DNA of 64,000 bases from Gammaproteobacteria bacterium (lineage in GTDB: Bacteria > Pseudomonadota > Gammaproteobacteria > Thiohalomonadales > Thiohalomonadaceae), in the NCBI GenBank assembly GCA_026196275.1, contig JAPHTQ010000009.1, positions 6,092 to 70,091 on the forward strand, written 5' to 3'. Positions 51,731-61,725 of this stretch are shown here, piece after piece (positions within the stretch are counted from its first letter, which is position 1; each line of letters starts with the position of its first letter). The notes beneath the pieces were generated by a model. It was not told the DNA's origin. It worked only from the letters and a program-made list of their open reading frames with translations, and did not search any database. A program made the translations under genes and the position numbers.

Positions 51731-51816
51731 GTTTTACTCTCAGGGTTGATTGAGGGATAATCCTTACTCTTTTACTAGGTAATAATAGCATAAGCGAACT
51801 ACTGCGAAGGAAGCAC

Positions 51817-52827
51817 ATGAGTTTCAACATCAAGGTCCTGCCCAGCGGACACGAATTCCGCACCGAGGGTGACGAATCCATTCTTGACGCCGCGCTGCGC
51901 AGTGGTCTGGCTTTTCCCTATGGCTGCCGCGGCGGTGCCTGCGGCGCCTGCATCGGCAAGGTTGTCAGCGGCGAGATCAGCTACGGCGATGATGAGCCGA
52001 TGGGACTGAGCGAGGAAGAGGCGGCGGTCGGTATGTCGCTGTTTTGTGTCGCCCGGCCGATCAGCGATATCACCATCGAGGTGCACGAGCTGGGTGCGGT
52101 TGAGGAGATCCCGATCAGGAATATGCCAGCCAAGGTGGCCCGTCTGGAGAGACTCAACCATGATGTCATGGCGCTGTTCCTCAAACTTCCCGAGAGCGAG
52201 CGGATGCAATACCTCGCAGGCCAGTATGTCGATTTCATCATGAAGGACGGGCGCAAGCGCGCCTTCTCCATCGCCAACGCGCCCCATCAGGATGAACTGC
52301 TGGAGTTCCACATTCGCCATATCAAGGGCGGCGAGTTTACCGATCACCTCTTCAGTGAGATGAAGGCGGGCGAGATCGTGCGCATCGAGGGACCCAAAGG
52401 GACCTTTTTTCTGCACGAGGATTCCGAGCGGCCGATCATCATGCTTGCTACCGGTACCGGCTTCGGTCCGATCAAGGCGATCATCGAGCACATGGTGGCC
52501 GAGCAGTCGAGTCGTCCGGTCTATCTCTACTGGGGCGCACGGCACAAGGAGGATCTCTACGCCGATGCCCAGTTGCGTGAGTGGGAGCGAAAGTTCCCCA
52601 ATATCCGCTACCGTCCGGTACTGTCACAGCCCGGCAGTGACTGGGATGGTCGCCGCGGTTATGTGCAGGAGGCCGCGGCGTCCGATTTCGAAAACCTTAC
52701 GGATTTTGAACTCTATGCCTGCGGTCATCCGGCCATGGTCTACAGTGCCCGGGATGCGATGGTTGCACGGGGTATGGCGCCCGAGCACTGCTACGGTGAT
52801 GCCTTCGAGTGGGCCAGAGACAGTTAA
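51817..52827 (+). CDS. 2Fe-2S ferredoxin / FAD / NAD(P)H oxidoreductase (Fre / CDP-6-deoxy-glucoseen reductase-like)
   Basis: N-terminal plant-type cluster CRGGACGAC...C, followed by RAFSIAN (the RxYS FAD motif) and the GTGFGP NAD motif. Confidence 0.8.
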   Translation: MSFNIKVLPSGHEFRTEGDESILDAALRSGLAFPYGCRGGACGACIGKVVSGEISYGDDEPMGLSEEEAAVGMSLFCVARPISDITIEVHELGAVEEIPIRNMPAKVARLERLNHDVMALFLKLPESERMQYLAGQYVDFIMKDGRKRAFSIANAPHQDELLEFHIRHIKGGEFTDHLFSEMKAGEIVRIEGPKGTFFLHEDSERPIIMLATGTGFGPIKAIIEHMVAEQSSRPVYLYWGARHKEDLYADAQLREWERKFPNIRYRPVLSQPGSDWDGRRGYVQEAAASDFENLTDFELYACGHPAMVYSARDAMVARGMAPEHCYGDAFEWARDS

Positions 52828-52837
52828 CCCGGCGCGA

Positions 52838-54091
52838 TCAGGGGACAGGTTCAAGGTTAAGGTCGGGCTTTGTCTGCAGGGTACCACTGTGTTTTGCTAG
52901 CATAATGTGGCTGCAGTCGTTGCCGATGGCCAGTTCCAGACCCTGTCTGTAGTATTCTCCGGCCTGCTCGGTCTCTCCCAGTTGCTGCAACAGATCACCC
53001 AGTTCACAGCAGGTCTCGGCGCGTGGCTCGACACCGAGACTCGCCTCCAGGTAGCTGCGTGCCTTGCCCCAGAGTTGACTTTTCAGCGTCAGGCGGCCCA
53101 GCGTCAGTAGCAGGTCAGGATGATGTTCATGCTCGCTGAGCCATGATTCGGCCGTGGTCAGCTGCAGCTTGAGATCCTCGCCCTGCAGTTGGCCGTAAAG
53201 CCGGATCAGCACCACATCCCACTCCTTCGCGAGGAACTCCCGCAGAACCACTTCGGCGCGGACTTCATCACCCAGCTGCAGCAGCAGTGAGCCGTAGTCG
53301 TGTAGCAGCGATGGGTTGTGGCGAAGTTTTCTCGGTACCTGTTGCCACAGCTGTTCCAGCCGTTCGAGCGAGACGCAGCGCTGCAGGCGCATGCTGTGCA
53401 GGTACAGCTCGAGCTCTCTGCACTGCGCTTCATCGAGCACCTTCTGCTTCTTCAGCGACGGCAACAGCTCGATCAGTTCATCCCAGTTTTGCAGACGTTC
53501 ATGGATCTTTTTCAGAAGATAGAGCACATAGCCATGTTTTGGCGCAATGGTGTGCAGGTAGCGCAGGGTCGCCAGCGCCTGTTCCGCCTGTCCCTGTGAG
53601 AGCTGCAGATCCGCCTGGGTCAGGCCGACTGCCAATTCTGCATCGGGCATGCTCTGGTAGGCCTGGGAGAGGTAGTCGTCGCGGCGCTGCTCCTCGCCCT
53701 GTTTCTGTGCCGCACGGGCCGCCCCCAGGTAGTTGATCAGCGGGGTGTCGCTGTGCCCAGCAGCGCGGCTGAGCTTCTTTTCCGCTTCCTGCCAGCTTCC
53801 CTCGGCCAGGGCGATCAACCCTTTGTGGGTCAGCTCACGGGCATGCACGGTCTGGTGCCGTTGGCGCCAGTCGGTCATACGCCGTGGCAGGTGCAGGGTG
53901 CCAAAGGTGAGCCGTAGCACAAGATAAAAAACGCTAAAGGCGAGCAACGCTGCCAGCATGAAGATGCTGAAACTGCTCTCGATCGACCAGCCGCTGTAGT
54001 TGATCAGCACGTAGCCCGGGTCGTGTTGGGCCAGCAGGCCGAAGCCGATCGCGGCACCCAACAGCAGCAGAGTGATCAGGAGATATCTCAT
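52838..54091 (-). CDS. hemY: HemY-like heme biosynthesis-associated TPR membrane protein
   Basis: 417 aa with two N-terminal TMs and then TPR-like repeats. hemC-D-X-Y order. Confidence 0.8.
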   Translation of the reverse strand: MRYLLITLLLLGAAIGFGLLAQHDPGYVLINYSGWSIESSFSIFMLAALLAFSVFYLVLRLTFGTLHLPRRMTDWRQRHQTVHARELTHKGLIALAEGSWQEAEKKLSRAAGHSDTPLINYLGAARAAQKQGEEQRRDDYLSQAYQSMPDAELAVGLTQADLQLSQGQAEQALATLRYLHTIAPKHGYVLYLLKKIHERLQNWDELIELLPSLKKQKVLDEAQCRELELYLHSMRLQRCVSLERLEQLWQQVPRKLRHNPSLLHDYGSLLLQLGDEVRAEVVLREFLAKEWDVVLIRLYGQLQGEDLKLQLTTAESWLSEHEHHPDLLLTLGRLTLKSQLWGKARSYLEASLGVEPRAETCCELGDLLQQLGETEQAGEYYRQGLELAIGNDCSHIMLAKHSGTLQTKPDLNLEPVP

Positions 54092-55377
54092 AAGGACTCA
54101 CCCTGCGGTTGTGGCGGAAGATCCTCGGTGACAGGCGCGGTTTTCTCGCCGCCACTCTCCTTCGCTGCGGGGGGTGAGGACTCTTCTGTGGCCGGCTCTG
54201 CGGCGGGTACGGGATCGGTCTCAGCCGCAGGCGCTACGTTTTGCTCGGCGGGTGCCGTTTCAGTTTCTGCAGCAGGCTCCTGCTGAAGGACTGTCCCCTG
54301 CAGCAGAGCTCTTGTCTCTCCCAGTTGCGGCAGTACCGGCTCGAGTTCGACTGCAGCGAGCTGTGCCAGAGTATCAAGGGCCGTGATGACCGGTTGGCTG
54401 CTGGTGTCGAAGTAGCGGCGCAGCCAGGTGCCGGATTCGTCCAGAGCGGCCTGCCAGGCGGCACTGTTGCCGGCCAACAGGGCAAAACGCGCGGATTCGA
54501 GTTTGAGCTGCAGGTTCTGGCGCAGGAAGTAGCGCTGTTCAGGGGGCAGGGTAAGCCGCTCCACCTCACCCTGGCGGCGAATGGTGACCAAGCCGCGGAG
54601 ATCGCGCCAGATCTTTTGCCAAATCGCCTTCCAGGTGGTGTCGGGAAGCGGCGGCTCACTCTCGACCTTGTCGGTGCCGGAGGACGGGGATGGCGCAGCG
54701 GCAGTGGGGGAGAGCGGCAGCGCCTCCACGGCGGTGGCCAGCGTCGTCAGCTCGCGGGCCATGGCCGCACGATCAGGAAGCTGGATCGCCGAAACTTTGT
54801 CGATATCGGCATCGATCTGGCGAATAACCGCGGCAAATGATTCGCTATCGAGGCTCTCCAGGCGGGTACGTGCCGCGTCCAGGGCAGCACGCGCTGTGCG
54901 GGGATCCCGTTCCAGGTTCAGGCGGTGTTCGGCGATGCCCAGCAGATACTCGGTTTCGGCGATGACCCAGTCGCGCTGCCCCTGACCGACGCGGCTACCC
55001 AGCTGCCGGATCCGGCCTTGCAGTTGCCGCAGCTGAGCGTGGTTTTGCTCGATGCGCCCGTTGATCTCCGGATGCGGGTGCTCCGGGATATCCCTGAGCT
55101 GCTCCAGCTGCTCCTGATGGCGTCTTTCCATTACCCCGGACAGTTTATCGATACTGCCCTCCAGCGCCCCGAGATCGGCCCGCAGGTTTTGTTGTTGTTG
55201 CCACAAATAGAAAAAGCTGCCGCCGAGCAGAAGCAGTGCCAGCAGGCTGATCAGAAAGGCAGTACGACCCCCGGAGGTCTGTTTGGCCGGTTCATGTTCG
55301 TGAGTTTCCGCCGTCTCAGCGGCCTCGTTGCCGGGGATCTCTTCGGCCACGTCAGAGGTTTCGGTTTTGTCGCTCAT
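54088..55377 (-). CDS. hemX: HemX-like protein (uroporphyrinogen-III C-methyltransferase family annotation)
   Basis: 429 aa with an acidic N-terminus, one TM and a coiled-coil periplasmic part. Lies between hemD and hemY. Confidence 0.75.
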   Translation of the reverse strand: MSDKTETSDVAEEIPGNEAAETAETHEHEPAKQTSGGRTAFLISLLALLLLGGSFFYLWQQQQNLRADLGALEGSIDKLSGVMERRHQEQLEQLRDIPEHPHPEINGRIEQNHAQLRQLQGRIRQLGSRVGQGQRDWVIAETEYLLGIAEHRLNLERDPRTARAALDAARTRLESLDSESFAAVIRQIDADIDKVSAIQLPDRAAMARELTTLATAVEALPLSPTAAAPSPSSGTDKVESEPPLPDTTWKAIWQKIWRDLRGLVTIRRQGEVERLTLPPEQRYFLRQNLQLKLESARFALLAGNSAAWQAALDESGTWLRRYFDTSSQPVITALDTLAQLAAVELEPVLPQLGETRALLQGTVLQQEPAAETETAPAEQNVAPAAETDPVPAAEPATEESSPPAAKESGGEKTAPVTEDLPPQPQGESL

Positions 55378-56171
55378 TGGTTTCGTTCCACCCTGGGTAG
55401 ATCGGCGGCCCAGTTGCTGACCGCCTCCATTATCGCCTCGTCACTGGCATGCAGAGTAACCCGTGCCGGTAACCGGAAACCGAGTTCACGGGCCCGTGCC
55501 GCGGCGCGCTCACTGACCACCACCAGCGGTTTGGCCAGTAGCGCCGGGTGCTGTGCCTCGTCGGTGAGGTTCAGAAGATTCTCTAGTGCTTCGCTGCTGG
55601 TCACGGTAATGATATCCGTTTTTGCCAGCCAGTTCGGCTCTGCGACAAGAGGACCCGGGATCTCACGCCTGTAAACCTCAGCATAGTCAACCCGGGCGCC
55701 GCGTTCACGCAGCGTCTCGCCCATCAGGGCGCGCCCGCCGTTGCCGCGAATGATCAGAATGCCTTTTCCCTCAACCTGCTGCAATCCGGGCAGGGCCAGC
55801 AGCCCTTCGCTGTCAAACTGGTGCGTGGGAACCAGCTCCGGGCCGCGACCGATCCGTTCACTCAGTGCACGGGCGGTACCGCGGCCGACCGCAGCCAACT
55901 GCAGCCCGGCGGGCACGCCACCGTAGCGTTCGATGGCGTCAAGGCCATAGTGGACGGCGTTGGGGCTGACGAAGATGAGGATATGGTAACTGGCAAGCTG
56001 CTGCAGCCGCTGTCGGACGTCAGCGGTGTGGCTGTTGTCGTGGATCTGCAGCAGGGGAAAGCGTATTGCCCGCCCGCCGGCTTCGATGATGCGTTCGCAC
56101 AGCGGGCCGGCCTGGTGGGCCGGCCGGGTGACCAGTACGCCGAGACCGTGCAGTTTATTGTTGACCGTCAT
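55374..56171 (-). CDS. hemD: Uroporphyrinogen-III synthase
   Basis: Start set at [17 protein letters not shown] (ATG 56171), overlapping the hemC stop by 17 nt. Confidence 0.85.
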   Translation of the reverse strand: MTVNNKLHGLGVLVTRPAHQAGPLCERIIEAGGRAIRFPLLQIHDNSHTADVRQRLQQLASYHILIFVSPNAVHYGLDAIERYGGVPAGLQLAAVGRGTARALSERIGRGPELVPTHQFDSEGLLALPGLQQVEGKGILIIRGNGGRALMGETLRERGARVDYAEVYRREIPGPLVAEPNWLAKTDIITVTSSEALENLLNLTDEAQHPALLAKPLVVVSERAAARARELGFRLPARVTLHASDEAIMEAVSNWAADLPRVERNQ

Positions 56172-57090
56172 AGAGTTCGGCAAGGATGGCATCGGCTCCG
56201 CGGGAGAGCAGATCCTCGGCCAGGGCGATGCCGAGCTCCTCTGCCGCCTCGGGGTAACCACTGATATTGCCGCGGATCACCTCCTTGCCGTCGGGGCTGG
56301 CGACCATGGCGTGCATCACAATGACACCGTGGTCGAGCTCGGCATAGCCGGCGATGGGCACCTGGCAGCCGCCTTCCAGACGTCGGTTCATCGCCCGCTC
56401 GGTACGTACGCGGGCGGAGGTTTTGGCGTCGTTGAGCGCCGCCAGCATGAGGTTGAGCTCGTCATCATCCTCGCGACACTCGATCCCCACCGCACCCTGG
56501 CCGCAGGCCGGCAGCATGGTGGTTACCTCCAGCATCTCGGTGATGCGCTCCTCGAGCTTGAGGCGCTTGAGACCGGCGCCGGCGAGGATGATGGCATCGT
56601 ATTCGCCGTCATCGAGCTTGCGCAGGCGGGTCTGTACGTTGCCGCGCAGAAATTTGATCTGCAGATCCGGGCGCATCGCCAGCAGCTGGGACTGGCGGCG
56701 CAGGCTGGAGGTGCCGACCACCGCCCCCTGGGGTAGTTCGTCCAGGCTTTTGAAATTGTTGGAGACGTAGGCGTCGCGCGGGTCTTCGCGCGGGCAGATC
56801 ACCGGCAGGTGGAGCCCCTCGGGCAGCTCCATCGGTACATCCTTCATCGAGTGCACGGCGATATCGGCATCGCCGTTGAGCATGCCGTCCTCCAGCTCCT
56901 TGACGAACAGCCCCTTGCCGCCGATCTTCGCCAGCGGGGTGTCGAGGATCTTGTCGCCTTTGGACTTCATCTTCACCAGCTCCACCTCCAGGCCGGGGTA
57001 GGCGTTCTTCAGTGCGGTGGCGACGTATTCGGCCTGCCACAGGGCAAGCAGGCTCTCGCGGGTGGCAATGCGGATCAATTTTTTGTTCAT
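56155..57090 (-). CDS. hemC: Hydroxymethylbilane synthase (porphobilinogen deaminase)
   Basis: 311 aa containing [18 protein letters not shown] and GTSSLRR. The cofactor Cys is in the [10 protein letters not shown] context. Confidence 0.96.
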   Translation of the reverse strand: MNKKLIRIATRESLLALWQAEYVATALKNAYPGLEVELVKMKSKGDKILDTPLAKIGGKGLFVKELEDGMLNGDADIAVHSMKDVPMELPEGLHLPVICPREDPRDAYVSNNFKSLDELPQGAVVGTSSLRRQSQLLAMRPDLQIKFLRGNVQTRLRKLDDGEYDAIILAGAGLKRLKLEERITEMLEVTTMLPACGQGAVGIECREDDDELNLMLAALNDAKTSARVRTERAMNRRLEGGCQVPIAGYAELDHGVIVMHAMVASPDGKEVIRGNISGYPEAAEELGIALAEDLLSRGADAILAELYDGQQ

Positions 57091-57245
57091 AGGGTATAAC
57101 TATCCGTTCACGTTGCGGCTGCGGGGAACCGACAGGGACAAACCGGGTCAAAACCCCGGAGCTGTAATGAGTTGGATCATACACTTATTGCAGTAACGGC
57201 GCAGGCATCCTATTCTGTCTGCCGGTTTTGCCGGAGTCCTTCGTG

Positions 57246-57770
57246 ATGAAGATTGCAGAAAGCCTTAAATATTTCGTTGTTTCCCTGCTTATCGCTGCAG
57301 TTGCCCCTGTTTTTGCTGCAGATGATGTCAAGGTGCTCGAAATCGATGACCTTGAAAGCGTCGGAAAACTGGCGGCGGACAAGCGCCTGCCGATCATGCT
57401 GATGCTCTCCGCCGAGCATTGCGGTTACTGTAGCCGGGTGGAGGAGGAGTACCTCAAACCGATGCTGCGCAGCGGTGACTATGGCGACCGGGCGCTGATC
57501 CGCAAGATGAAGATCGATAACTACAACAAGATGCGGGATTTCGACGGCAGTGCGATCACCCCTGCCGAGTTTGCCGATCGTTACGATGTCTTCGTTACCC
57601 CTACCGTGGTGTTCCTGGATGGCAACGGGGTTGAGATCGGCGAGAAGCGCGTCGGGCTGATGACCCCCGACTACTATGGTGGCTATCTGGATATCTCGAT
57701 CGACGAGGCGCTCAACATCCTGCGCCGCAACAAGCCGATGCGGGTCAATCTGACCTCCTTCGAGGAATAA
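57246..57770 (+). CDS. Periplasmic thioredoxin-fold protein
   Basis: Start set at MKIAESLKYFVVSLLIAAVAPVFA (signal peptide). CGYC redox motif. Confidence 0.7.
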   Translation: MKIAESLKYFVVSLLIAAVAPVFAADDVKVLEIDDLESVGKLAADKRLPIMLMLSAEHCGYCSRVEEEYLKPMLRSGDYGDRALIRKMKIDNYNKMRDFDGSAITPAEFADRYDVFVTPTVVFLDGNGVEIGEKRVGLMTPDYYGGYLDISIDEALNILRRNKPMRVNLTSFEE

Positions 57771-57773
57771 CCC

Positions 57774-58496
57774 TCATCCCCGCTCCCTGAGAATGCGCCG
57801 TATCTCCGGCAGGTGACGGCGCGAGATCTCCGGCCCGCGCCCGACGCCACGCAGCGTCACATGGCAGTGCCCCTCCAGATCCTTCTCAATTCCCTCCAGC
57901 CGTTGCCGGGTGATCAGGGCATTGCGGTGCACGCGCAGAAAGCGCTCACCAAACTCCTCCTCCAGCTGCTTGAGCGACTCCTCCAGCAGCTCCTCGCGCC
58001 CGGGCAGATAGGCAGTCACGTACTTGTTGTCCGCCTGCAGGTAGAGGATCTCGTTCACCGCTATGAGTTGCAGGTCACCGTGTTTACGTACCGTGAGGTG
58101 GCTGCGTCCCGCTTTGCCGTTCTCCTCCTTCTCTACCCGACCGCGTTTTTCTACTCGTGCCAGCGCCTGTTCCAGCCGCTCCTGGCGTACCGGTTTGACC
58201 AGATAGTCCAGCGCCTCGGCCTCAAAGGCCTCCAGCGCGTGTTCGCCGTAGGCGGTGGTGAAGATCACCGCCGGGGGATTGTCCAGTTTCGCCAGCTCCC
58301 GCGCCGTGGCCATGCCGTCGAGCGCCGGCATGCGGATATCCAGCAGCAGCAGATCCGGTTGCAGTTCGCTGTTGGCGAGCAGTGCAGTGCGGCCATCCGC
58401 GGCCTCGCCGACAACCTGAATCCCATCAATATTACCCAGCAGGCGACGCAAGCGATCGCGGGCCGGGGCTTCGTCATCGACAATCAACACCTTCAC
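57774..58496 (-). CDS. algR: LytTR-family response regulator (AlgR-like)
   Basis: Receiver domain (MKVLIVDDE...DLLLLDIRMP) plus a LytTR DNA-binding domain. Lies between the kinase and hemC, as in pseudomonads. Confidence 0.85.
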   Translation of the reverse strand: MKVLIVDDEAPARDRLRRLLGNIDGIQVVGEAADGRTALLANSELQPDLLLLDIRMPALDGMATARELAKLDNPPAVIFTTAYGEHALEAFEAEALDYLVKPVRQERLEQALARVEKRGRVEKEENGKAGRSHLTVRKHGDLQLIAVNEILYLQADNKYVTAYLPGREELLEESLKQLEEEFGERFLRVHRNALITRQRLEGIEKDLEGHCHVTLRGVGRGPEISRRHLPEIRRILRERG

Positions 58497-59539
58497 GCTT
58501 CCACCTCCAGCGGCAGGGTCAGGGTGACACGGTAGATTCCGTCGTTTTCGTCAATCTTCAGCGCCGCCTGGCGGCCGTAGTGGGCCTGCAGGCGCTCGCG
58601 GATGTTGTCGAGCGCCAGCCGGTTGCCGCCCTTGTGTACGGCGGGTTGCGGCGGCAGCGGGTTGCTCAGCTCCAGCACCAGGGTATTACCGCGGGTGTGG
58701 CCGGCGAGGGTGATGGTGCCGCCCTGGCGGTGGGGCTCGATGCCGTGATAGACCGCATTCTCCACCAGCGGTTGCAGGATCAACGGCGGGATCAGCGCCT
58801 GCGGCGGGATGGTATCGACCCGCCACTCCACCCTCAGCCGCTCGCCCAGGCGCAGTGTCTCCATGTGCAGATAGCGCCGGGTGAGCGCCAGCTCATCGGC
58901 GAAGGGGATGCGGCGCTGCTCCTCACCCATGCTGGCGCGAAACAGATCAGCGAGATCCAGCAAGGCCTCCTCAGCCTGATCCGGTCTGTCATGGATCAGG
59001 CTGGTGACGGTGTTGATGCTGTTGAACAGAAAGTGGGGGCGGATGCGTGCCTGCAGGGCCTGCAGTCGTGCCTCGGCCTCGGCGCGAATGCGTTGTTTCC
59101 ACTGATGCTGCACATAGAGATAGCGCAGCGCCAGGGCGATGACGATGGCGCCGATGGCCAGGTTACGCAGCAAGAACTCGCCATGGTTGGTGCCGTACAG
59201 CACATGGCCGGCATCACCGGCGAGGCGATAGGCCACCTCGGAGAGCAGCAGAATCAGCAGCAACAGCATAAAATAGGCGCTCAGCGCGGCGGCCACATTG
59301 CTCAGGCGTGCCAGCACTCGCCGGCTGGCGCAGAGCAGGGCCGCGCTGGAGAGTCCCGCCCACTGCATGAACAGCGAGATCAGCGCCAGCTGGCCCCAGG
59401 GGTCGAAGCTGGTGCCGGGGGCGCCAAGGGTGAAGATCAGCGCGAACAGCTCCGATAGCACCACCACGGTGAGCACCGAGTGCAGACCGCAGAAGTCGGG
59501 CAGGAAAAACTCGCTGGGTTTTGGCGCTGACGTTTTCAC
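58493..59539 (-). CDS. algZ: Sensor histidine kinase, LytS/AlgZ(FimS) type
   Basis: Four to five N-terminal TMs. H-box region RIRPHFLFNSINTV and an HATPase region (ENAVYHG). Confidence 0.85.
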   Translation of the reverse strand: MKTSAPKPSEFFLPDFCGLHSVLTVVVLSELFALIFTLGAPGTSFDPWGQLALISLFMQWAGLSSAALLCASRRVLARLSNVAAALSAYFMLLLLILLLSEVAYRLAGDAGHVLYGTNHGEFLLRNLAIGAIVIALALRYLYVQHQWKQRIRAEAEARLQALQARIRPHFLFNSINTVTSLIHDRPDQAEEALLDLADLFRASMGEEQRRIPFADELALTRRYLHMETLRLGERLRVEWRVDTIPPQALIPPLILQPLVENAVYHGIEPHRQGGTITLAGHTRGNTLVLELSNPLPPQPAVHKGGNRLALDNIRERLQAHYGRQAALKIDENDGIYRVTLTLPLEVEA

Positions 59540-59598
59540 ATTCCCTGAGACCTTATGCTGATACGTCTATCATAACGGTATTGATGACGAGGAGACGA

Positions 59599-59872
59599 GG
59601 CAAGCCCTGCCCATTACTTATAACTCGCCCCTCAGAACCCCGCAAATGGCCCAAGGCAAGGCGTGGCCCGCAGGGAATGGCCCGGCCCTTTTCAAGGGGC
59701 GCAACGCGGCATTGGGCCATTTGCGGGGTTCCCTTCGGGCGAGCCGCTGGCCGGCCATCTGCGGCGTTGCGCCCTCTTGAAAGGGAACAACCCTTCCTGC
59801 GAGGGCGCGCCTTGCATCCGACCGGCCAGCGGCTCGCTGAGGGGTGAGTTATAAGTAATGGGCAGGGCAAGC
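59599..59872. repeat. 274-bp nested palindromic (MITE-like) element
   Basis: 32-nt terminal inverted repeats GCCCTGCCCATTACTTATAACTCRCCCCTCAG (59604-59635 / 59837-59868). Internal perfect stems of 19 bp (59636-59654 / 59712-59730) and 15 bp (59740-59754 / 59822-59836). Confidence 0.85.
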
Positions 59873-59942
59873 ATCGCAGTGCAGAGACCGAATCGGCTAT
59901 ACTGCGGCAAATTTCACATTAATTCAGCAAGATGGATCCGTC

Positions 59943-61340
59943 ATGAGCGAACAGAAAACTGTCGAGAAACCCTGGACCGGCCGCTTCACCGAGCCCACCG
60001 ACGCCTTCGTCGAGGCTTTCGGCGCCTCAGTCGGCTTTGACCAGCGCATGTACAGGCAGGACATTCAGGGCTCCATCGCCCACGCCAGGATGCTCGCCCA
60101 TGTTGGCGTGTTGAGCGACCAGGAGCGCGACGAGATCATCCGCGGCCTCACCCAGATCGAGGCGGAGATCCAGGCAGGCGACTTCCCCTGGTCCATTGCG
60201 CTGGAAGATGTGCACATGAACATCGAAAAGCGCCTTACCGACATGATCGGCATCACCGGCAAGAAGCTCCACACCGGCCGCTCGCGCAACGATCAGGTTG
60301 CCACCGACATCCGCCTCTACCTGCGCGACGAGATCGACGGCGCCATCGCCCCGGAACTGAAGCGCCTGCAGAGCGCTCTCATCGAACTGGCCGGGCGCGA
60401 GGCCGAGACCATCCTGCCCGGCTTCACCCACCTGCAGACCGCGCAGCCGATCACCTTCGGCCACCACATGCTGGCCTGGAACGAGATGCTGCAACGTGAC
60501 AACGAGCGTTTGCAGGACTGCCGCAAGCGGATCAATATCATGCCGCTCGGCTCCGCCGCGTTGGCCGGCACCACCTACCCGATCGATCGCGAGTTCACCG
60601 CCAAAGAGCTGGGCTTCGACATGCCCGGACGCAACTCGCTGGACGGCGTCTCCGACCGTGACTTCGCCATCGAGTTTCTCAGCTGGGCATCCATTCTATT
60701 GATGCACATGTCGCGCTTCAGCGAAGAGCTGATCCTCTGGTCCTCCAGCCAGTTCGACTGGGTCGACCTCGGCGACGCCTTCTGCACCGGCTCCTCCATT
60801 ATGCCGCAGAAGAAAAACCCAGACGTGCCCGAACTGGTGCGTGGCAAGAGCGGCCGCGTCTTCGGCTCCCTCTCTGCCATGCTGATGATCATGAAAGGCC
60901 AGCCGCTGGCCTACAACAAGGACAACCAGGAGGACAAGGAGCCGCTGTTCGATGCCATTGATACGGTGAAGGGCTGCCTCAAGGTCTACGCTGACATGAT
61001 GGCGCAGATCAAACTGAAAAAAGAGAACATGCGCGAAGCCGCCCTGCGCGGCTTCTCCACCGCCACCGATCTCGCCGACTACCTGGTGCGCAACGGCGTG
61101 GCCTTCCGCGATGCACATGAGGTTGTAGGCAAAGCCGTCGCCCTCGGCGTGGAAACCGAGCGCGACCTCTCCGAGATGAAACTCGAAGAACTGCAACAGT
61201 TTTCCGAGGCGATCAAGGAGGATGTGTTCGATTACCTTACACTGGAGGGTTCGGTGGCCGCCCGGGACCACATAGGGGGCACCGCGCCGGAGAGGGTGCG
61301 GGAAGCGGCGAAGCAAGCAAAGGAATTGCTGAAGGGATAA
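59943..61340 (+). CDS. argH: Argininosuccinate lyase
   Basis: 465 aa with the fumarate-lyase signature [12 protein letters not shown]. Confidence 0.97.
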   Translation: MSEQKTVEKPWTGRFTEPTDAFVEAFGASVGFDQRMYRQDIQGSIAHARMLAHVGVLSDQERDEIIRGLTQIEAEIQAGDFPWSIALEDVHMNIEKRLTDMIGITGKKLHTGRSRNDQVATDIRLYLRDEIDGAIAPELKRLQSALIELAGREAETILPGFTHLQTAQPITFGHHMLAWNEMLQRDNERLQDCRKRINIMPLGSAALAGTTYPIDREFTAKELGFDMPGRNSLDGVSDRDFAIEFLSWASILLMHMSRFSEELILWSSSQFDWVDLGDAFCTGSSIMPQKKNPDVPELVRGKSGRVFGSLSAMLMIMKGQPLAYNKDNQEDKEPLFDAIDTVKGCLKVYADMMAQIKLKKENMREAALRGFSTATDLADYLVRNGVAFRDAHEVVGKAVALGVETERDLSEMKLEELQQFSEAIKEDVFDYLTLEGSVAARDHIGGTAPERVREAAKQAKELLKG

Positions 61341-61352
61341 GGGATGAGATTA

Positions 61353-61378
61353 AGGGCCTCGGATGAGGCCCTTTTTTT
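61353..61378 (+). terminator. Rho-independent terminator after argH
   Basis: AGGGCCTC-GGAT-GAGGCCCT followed by TTTTTT. Confidence 0.85.
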
Positions 61379-61725
61379 AAGGATACAGACCCCGGCTATT
61401 CGCCGGGGTTTCGCTTTTTGGCCTTGGCGAGATGATGTGCATTACCGGTACTACCTTGGCCTGCTTAATGAGCCATCACTGCTGTGCTGCCTGATATCCG
61501 GGGTGTGCATAAAAACGTTGGTTTCGATTAATTTGTCTGATAACCTGATTAAATAATATGGGTATATAAAAACAAGAAATACCTTTCCAATTTCATTCTG
61601 CGCGCTTCGATAATGACACGCTGTGAAAGTTATTTCGCTGTATAGCTCGGAAAGCAACGCCTGGTTGCCGCAGCAGGCGTTGCTTGCACAAAAAAAAGCG
61701 GCATAAAAATAACTGGAGGGTGACC

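Noticed and set aside
59521-59870. Two overlapping about 105-aa ORFs on opposite strands with similar peptides (PLLITRPSEP... and [10 protein letters not shown]...).
   Set aside because: They are mirror images generated by the 274-bp palindromic element. There is no RBS and no independent coding signal.
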